A stretch of DNA of 64,000 nucleotides, taken from a virus. Below the pieces are notes generated by a model that was not told the DNA's origin, made no database searches, and was given only the letters and a program-made list of their open reading frames with translations. Below, one piece after another: positions 59,045-64,000 of this stretch. Location of the stretch: positions 64,001 through 128,000 of the IMG/VR virus record IMGVR_UViG_3300005077_000003. The stretch is one strand, 5' to 3'. A program made the translations under genes and the position numbers. Positions within the stretch are counted from its first letter, which is position 1. The number at the start of each line of letters is the position of its first letter.

Positions 59045-61803
59045 TGGAAATACTAAAGAAAATATTTTCTGCAATACCAGCAGGACATCAAGCTGCAATT
59101 AAGCAAGTAATGCTTGCTATAAGGAAATCTAGTGAAGATAAAACTTCACGAGAATTACAATTTGATGCCAAAAGATTGGTAAATATGGTTAAGGGTAATA
59201 AATCAGTATATAATCCAATATATGCTAATACTCTTACTGTAATAAGTTCTGATGTACACAATCAGAATATGGAAGGTGCTTATATAGATCTAAAAACTCT
59301 ATATACAGAATCTGCGCATATAGGGAATATACAAAGCTATCAGAAAGCATCAATTGAAAGTAATTTCTCCAAAGCTAGGGCGGCTATTCTTAAACTAATA
59401 AATGATGCTCGCATATTTACGCTTAGAACAAGATACCAAGAGTTTGATGATATTAAACTAGTTAATTTTAATATTGCACGTAATGAAACCAAGCTAACAC
59501 CAACCGCAATAATTGATCAAGAAAGCAGACTACTTAAACTTCCCGAAGTAGCCAAAGTAAGAAACCATATTAAGAGGAGAGGCCAGCGCAATACAAAAGC
59601 TTCTGTTGAATTATTAAGCGCTGGTCAAAAGGGACTTCTTTCAACCCAGTTTTCCCCAGACTTAGCCCTTGATAGTAAAACAGAAACATTCTGGGGAGAG
59701 ATAATATATTCTTCAGAACCACTTCAAACAACTTATACGCGCATAAATATATCTGGACATGGATATCAAAATGAATTTGTAACAGGTCCAGTAGTAAAAT
59801 TCAAAATAGAATTCAGCTCTGCAGAATCAATAAATCAAATAAAAATTCTACCATTTGCACCAACAGCCGTAAAAGTATTAGATATAACATATAAACCATC
59901 TAGTGCATCAACCGTAAAATATCCAATACCAGACTTTACTGTTGAAGAAAGCTTAGACTGGATAGAATATAATTTTGATAGAATTTATGCAAAAGAAATT
60001 GAAATAGTTTTTGCACAAGAAAGTTACCGCGAATATATTATCCATGCACCAAAGCATGTTTTATACTCCACTGACTTTTTCCTACGTCTTTTAGAAGAGC
60101 GCAAATTACAACTACAAGAAATACCAGACTTAGACTCTATAGATATTGGTGGCAATCATGAAATTTATAATCAGGCAATAGAAGATTTATCTAGTTTAAT
60201 ACTAGAAAAAGAATTAGATAAATCACCAAGTACAGAATTAGATTTAGCCGGCAAAGTTATAATGTCTATAGGCGAGGCATTGGCCAGCTTTAGCCCTGAT
60301 GTAGCAACCTTATTAGAAGATGTATCAAACTATACGGCTGCATTACCAAAAGAAATATCTGATAAAATAGAAACCATAACAAAGTATGAGTATATATTAG
60401 GGGCTAAAGAAATACAAGTAAATTATGTTGTATACTCTCCTTATGGGATATATCAGTCACCAGAGTTTGATACTGCGGCAACAGTAGTTTCTGCGCAATT
60501 ATTAGTAGAAGAATCACACCCATCTTCTGTATCAATTAATGGATCAAGACCAAATACCTCAACAGAATGGGAGGTCGAATTTTCTAGTGATAGAAAGGTT
60601 CCTATATATCCCGCAAATAATGTTGAGAATGGATTCCTGCCAGTAATAGGGGAAAGATTAATACTAGACCCAATAACAAAGCTGGGCTTGTCAAGATTCT
60701 CTGCCCATATGAGTACGGTTGCTGTGAGAGAAAATGGTAGACTTTTAGATCCTTATTGGGGATATAGTTCTGTATGGTCATCTGATTATGATGGCAGATT
60801 ACAGATAACTATAACAGAAACAGAGTACGATAGTAATGCAGTATATACTATAGATTATTATGCCGCGCCATCTTCAAAAGAAATAGATGTGCTATCTAGA
60901 TATGATGCGAAAAAAATTCCGTCTCCTGATTCATATGATAAAACAGATTCTGATAAGAAAGTAGTAACCAGCTATTTCCCATTTGTAGATTATAATATAA
61001 TTAACTCTGATGTATTCTTAAAAGATACAGATACAAATGACTATAAATATATTGCACCAACAGGCGTATATAATCTTGGGCTATTACGAGTAAATCCAAA
61101 CTGGGTATTTGCATCTGGAATAGTACCTGATTCTGTTATATCTGGGAGTAACCAAGTAGTATTACAAACTGGGTGGGTTACAACAGGGGACTTTTCTGTA
61201 CTTGATAGTGCATATCTAACAAATCCATATAGGTACTACTTAAAAATACAGAACTATGAAACTCCATTTGAAGTACAGTCTATTGACAGTTCAACCGGCC
61301 TATCTCTTACAAGAGTTCCATTAATAAGCTCTGGAGAAATAGGGGATACTATTGATAGTCAGTATTTTATTGGGAATGCCCTATCTGGCACTACATGGCC
61401 CGACGTTACTAGCGGCCTTACTGGATATCTTGAAGTACCATATGAGCTCCATGTTGTATATAAAAATGGCGATGAACTATTCGGATTTGACCACCTAACT
61501 TATGCTCCTATCACGGTTTATATCGGTGGTAGTAGAGCAAAAAATATTTCAGACTATGAAAATCTAGAGCAGCCGGCATTTACTGTATCAGAAAGTAATG
61601 ATGATGAGTACGAATTTATTCATGATGGTAAAAATATTTACTTCAATCAAGGAATATCTAGTACTGAAATACTAGTAGATTATAAGAAAATAATAGACTA
61701 TATAAGAGTAAACTGCATTCTTAGGTCTAATAAGATTATAAATCCTAACGTTAGTCCGCAAGTAAACGAGTATACTCTTATGCTCAATACAACAGTACTG
61801 TAA
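59044..61803 (+). CDS. Baseplate-associated structural protein (paralog family A)
   Basis: N-terminal Y-x-P...S-x3-N...DLxxLY helix, then a jelly-roll-like region (LALDSKTETFW...INQIKILP...EIEIVF...YEYILGAKEI). Confidence 0.55.
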   Translation: MEILKKIFSAIPAGHQAAIKQVMLAIRKSSEDKTSRELQFDAKRLVNMVKGNKSVYNPIYANTLTVISSDVHNQNMEGAYIDLKTLYTESAHIGNIQSYQKASIESNFSKARAAILKLINDARIFTLRTRYQEFDDIKLVNFNIARNETKLTPTAIIDQESRLLKLPEVAKVRNHIKRRGQRNTKASVELLSAGQKGLLSTQFSPDLALDSKTETFWGEIIYSSEPLQTTYTRINISGHGYQNEFVTGPVVKFKIEFSSAESINQIKILPFAPTAVKVLDITYKPSSASTVKYPIPDFTVEESLDWIEYNFDRIYAKEIEIVFAQESYREYIIHAPKHVLYSTDFFLRLLEERKLQLQEIPDLDSIDIGGNHEIYNQAIEDLSSLILEKELDKSPSTELDLAGKVIMSIGEALASFSPDVATLLEDVSNYTAALPKEISDKIETITKYEYILGAKEIQVNYVVYSPYGIYQSPEFDTAATVVSAQLLVEESHPSSVSINGSRPNTSTEWEVEFSSDRKVPIYPANNVENGFLPVIGERLILDPITKLGLSRFSAHMSTVAVRENGRLLDPYWGYSSVWSSDYDGRLQITITETEYDSNAVYTIDYYAAPSSKEIDVLSRYDAKKIPSPDSYDKTDSDKKVVTSYFPFVDYNIINSDVFLKDTDTNDYKYIAPTGVYNLGLLRVNPNWVFASGIVPDSVISGSNQVVLQTGWVTTGDFSVLDSAYLTNPYRYYLKIQNYETPFEVQSIDSSTGLSLTRVPLISSGEIGDTIDSQYFIGNALSGTTWPDVTSGLTGYLEVPYELHVVYKNGDELFGFDHLTYAPITVYIGGSRAKNISDYENLEQPAFTVSESNDDEYEFIHDGKNIYFNQGISSTEILVDYKKIIDYIRVNCILRSNKIINPNVSPQVNEYTLMLNTTVL

Positions 61804-61806
61804 AAT

Positions 61807-61951
61807 ATGGAGTACTTGTAGAGATTTACTAAATCTTAGTGGCGGTGTATATTCAGTAGACATACATCCAAGTGGCTCTTATGCAGTAGTTTCAAATAGC
61901 AACACATTCTCCTACAATAGTGTTGGAGACATAATTTGTATTAACCTATAA
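61807..61951 (+). pseudogene. Small ORF apparently frameshifted by one base right after its ATG, or started at a non-ATG codon
   Basis: ATG 61807 reads only MEYL-stop. The +1 frame (61808-61951) is open for 47 codons (WSTCRDLLNLSGGVYSVDIHPSG...ICINL) and ends in a TAATG overlap with the 61951 start, like most genes here. Confidence 0.4.
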
Positions 61952-63525
61952 TGGATATCTTTCAAGCTATAGAAGTATCTCCTCTTTCATCAGAAAGAGT
62001 AAGGTATCACTTATCAAAAATAAGCGAAGCACAATCTCAGTCAGGTGATATTGGAGAAGCTATAGCTGAAGCTATAACGGAGTTCAATAAATTCTTTTTG
62101 AATTATGGCAAACCATATTTTAAAGTAAATAAGTTTCATAAAAATATAGATACACCAAATTCAAAAAAATATAATGAAACTCTTGAAACATTAAAGGAAG
62201 ATATTGACAGACTATATAACATGGCAGAGGCTGCAGCAAACTCTACAGTCTCTGCCTATAACTATTCTTCTATCACATCAGAAGAAATAAAAAACCTTGC
62301 TGCTCAAGCATCTAGCAAAGTACTTGATCTTAAAATACTAAATGACTTTGTAAAAGGCACTACTATAGTAGCTGGCGACGACTTTATTGATACGTCTAAA
62401 ATAGATACGACTATACAACCAGAAACTACACAAGCCGAAGTTCTTGAGGGCGCAAGCTCTATTGGACTAAAAGCAGTAGGAGTAGAGCGAGTTAGCAGAC
62501 CAGACAACACATCTATCAGAATAACCCCTATTTCACCAGCATTTAGAATAGAACAATATTACACAACTAACCATTCTCTCTTTGGACATTCCATTGAAAG
62601 CCAAAATAGATACGTAAGCGCTGATAGAGTTAATACTGAACCAACCCCAGATAACATAGAGCGGTTTTACGAAGGCCATTTTTATGCACCAGTAGGCGAA
62701 ATAAGACCAGAAGGTGGAAGTTTAAACTTTAAATATATTGTTGATCCTGCTGATTTGCCACCAGAAATTGCCACAAGAGTAGTACAAAATAATACAACTG
62801 TAAGCGACGATGGCGTGGCAGAAGCTCAAGAATATAAGCATGCTGGGTATTATTCAGTAGTAGCAGCCTCTGAAGAAGACAAGCAGGCAATTAGGCTTAG
62901 AATGATTGATGGGAAGCCAGAAACCTTCTGGGAATGTGAATACGTTTGTGCTACGCCATCTCTTATAGATACAGTAAATATTGAAGATGGTATCGTAGAT
63001 GGATCAAGCGATACCGTTGCAAATGTTTCAGAAGAAGTAACTAGCGTTTCTGTAAATGTTAGCGCAGCAGAGGCATTAGCAAAAGCATATGACTTTGCAG
63101 GCAGAGATTTAATAATTCATATAGATTATGAATTTGATCAAGAAGTGCCAATGAACTTCGTTGTAATCAATCCTGTACAATTTCATACTTCAGCATTTGC
63201 TGAAGTTATAGATGTCGCCACGTCATCTAATGATAAAGAATTTGAAACAGTCGATGGATTTGATGAACAAATGTTTGATAAGATTCTTACTCCAGAAGCA
63301 AATAAGATAGTCAATAATGAAATTGTTGAAAAGACATTCGCGCCATCTAATTTTGCATATCAAGGACTTGGAGTATTTTCATTCCCTATGAGGATAGGGA
63401 ATAAACTTAGAGTAACCATAGCTATGAAAGACCCAGTATTAGTTCCATATGAAAGAATTCATATATTATTGCAAGAAACATTCTTGTTGACTAATACTAC
63501 AACGGTAAAGAAATCTCTATTCTAA
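61951..63525 (+). CDS. Baseplate-associated structural protein (paralog family A, N-terminal portion)
   Basis: KPYFKV...PNSKKYNETLETLKEDIDRLY and MIDGKPETFWE...MNFVVINP...KLRVTI parallel the 59044 protein. Confidence 0.6.
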   Translation: MDIFQAIEVSPLSSERVRYHLSKISEAQSQSGDIGEAIAEAITEFNKFFLNYGKPYFKVNKFHKNIDTPNSKKYNETLETLKEDIDRLYNMAEAAANSTVSAYNYSSITSEEIKNLAAQASSKVLDLKILNDFVKGTTIVAGDDFIDTSKIDTTIQPETTQAEVLEGASSIGLKAVGVERVSRPDNTSIRITPISPAFRIEQYYTTNHSLFGHSIESQNRYVSADRVNTEPTPDNIERFYEGHFYAPVGEIRPEGGSLNFKYIVDPADLPPEIATRVVQNNTTVSDDGVAEAQEYKHAGYYSVVAASEEDKQAIRLRMIDGKPETFWECEYVCATPSLIDTVNIEDGIVDGSSDTVANVSEEVTSVSVNVSAAEALAKAYDFAGRDLIIHIDYEFDQEVPMNFVVINPVQFHTSAFAEVIDVATSSNDKEFETVDGFDEQMFDKILTPEANKIVNNEIVEKTFAPSNFAYQGLGVFSFPMRIGNKLRVTIAMKDPVLVPYERIHILLQETFLLTNTTTVKKSLF

Positions 63526-63587
63526 TGGAAGATCTAAATAAATTATCATCTGCTTTAGCGGACTATATCATATATAGTATAAAATAA
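63525..63587 (+). CDS. 20-codon mini-ORF bridging two genes by consecutive TAATG overlaps
   Basis: ATG 63525 overlaps the upstream stop; MEDLNKLSSALADYIIYSIK; its TAA (63585-63587) overlaps the next ATG. Confidence 0.45.
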   Translation: MEDLNKLSSALADYIIYSIK

Positions 63588-64000
63588 TGGGCTGGTTTTC
63601 AAAATCATCTACTACAATTACAAAGACTACTACTGTAGCTAGTACTGTAGTAAAGTTATCATATTTGCAAACGCTTGCTACTTCCCAAAATTTAATAAAT
63701 GCGTCTGATCTAGAAACAGAAGCATTTGATGAAGACATAAAAAATGCACAACAAAAAGATTCCTTAATAAAAGCCCACGGCATAATTGGCGGGTTAATAG
63801 GTGCTGGATTCGGCGCTATTGGAGCTATATTAGGATTCTTTGGATTTGGACATACTAAAGTATCAACTAATGAAAACCTGAAATCTTCTGGAGCTAAAGT
63901 AAAAGATACTTGGAACCAGCCATATTTCGACAAAATATCCTACAAGTTGGGTATTAAAGAAATGGCTGTATCAAGGTATACATTTGCAGATACATCAGAA
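63587..64000 (+). CDS. 3'-truncated CDS, not in the ORF track; resembles the C-terminal half of family A proteins
   Basis: MGWFSKSSTTITKTTTV...IIGGLIGAGFGAIGAILGFFGFG...FDKISYKLGIKEMAVSRYTF, open to the window end. YKLGIKEM matches YILGAKEI of the 59044 protein. Confidence 0.7.
   Translation, partial: MGWFSKSSTTITKTTTVASTVVKLSYLQTLATSQNLINASDLETEAFDEDIKNAQQKDSLIKAHGIIGGLIGAGFGAIGAILGFFGFGHTKVSTNENLKSSGAKVKDTWNQPYFDKISYKLGIKEMAVSRYTFADTSE

Noticed and set aside
592-63933. The many minus-strand ORFs, and short alternative-frame plus-strand ORFs such as 2501..2683, 17187..17372, 51535..51774 and 56769..57002
   Set aside because: All lie within long, motif-bearing plus-strand genes, have no recognisable motifs or SD sites, and show the Ser/Ile/Leu-rich composition of antisense shadows.
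1-64000. CRISPR arrays, tRNA/rRNA genes, IS elements, integrase, DGR repeats
   Set aside because: Coding density is near complete and the few intergenic gaps are under 150 nt. I saw no regularly spaced repeats, cloverleafs, transposase or reverse transcriptase motifs. Imperfect long repeats cannot be fully excluded without a dot plot.

Overview
The window is one uninterrupted plus-strand, AT-rich virion morphogenesis operon of a large contractile-tailed (myovirus or jumbo-type) phage or prophage. By eye, gene order and motifs resemble the Bacillus phage G / 0305phi8-36 type; no database search was run. Gene order: C-terminus of a probable portal/MuF-like head protein, prohead protease-scaffold, head decoration protein, HK97-fold major capsid protein, neck and head-tail proteins, tail terminator, sheath, tube plus two tube-fold paralogs, two assembly chaperones, three very large genes in the tape-measure position, a 2613-aa baseplate hub-like protein with an intein, gp25-like and gpJ-like wedge proteins, then about 28 kb of baseplate and adhesin genes. 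I found no tRNA, rRNA, CRISPR array or integrase, and all minus-strand ORFs look like shadows. The most notable region is 13874-24663, where tail-operon proteins carry nucleic-acid enzyme domains. (1) A T7/PolA-type 3'-5' exonuclease domain has intact catalytic residues but is cut by a single in-frame TAA at 15320. (2) A thermonuclease domain is inserted further along. (3) A 1806-aa protein shows, in order, beta-like and beta'-like motifs of a single-chain two-barrel RNA polymerase, including a DFDKD aspartate triad, and is a candidate virion-delivered RNA polymerase. All family assignments come from manual motif recognition and need HMM or structure confirmation.
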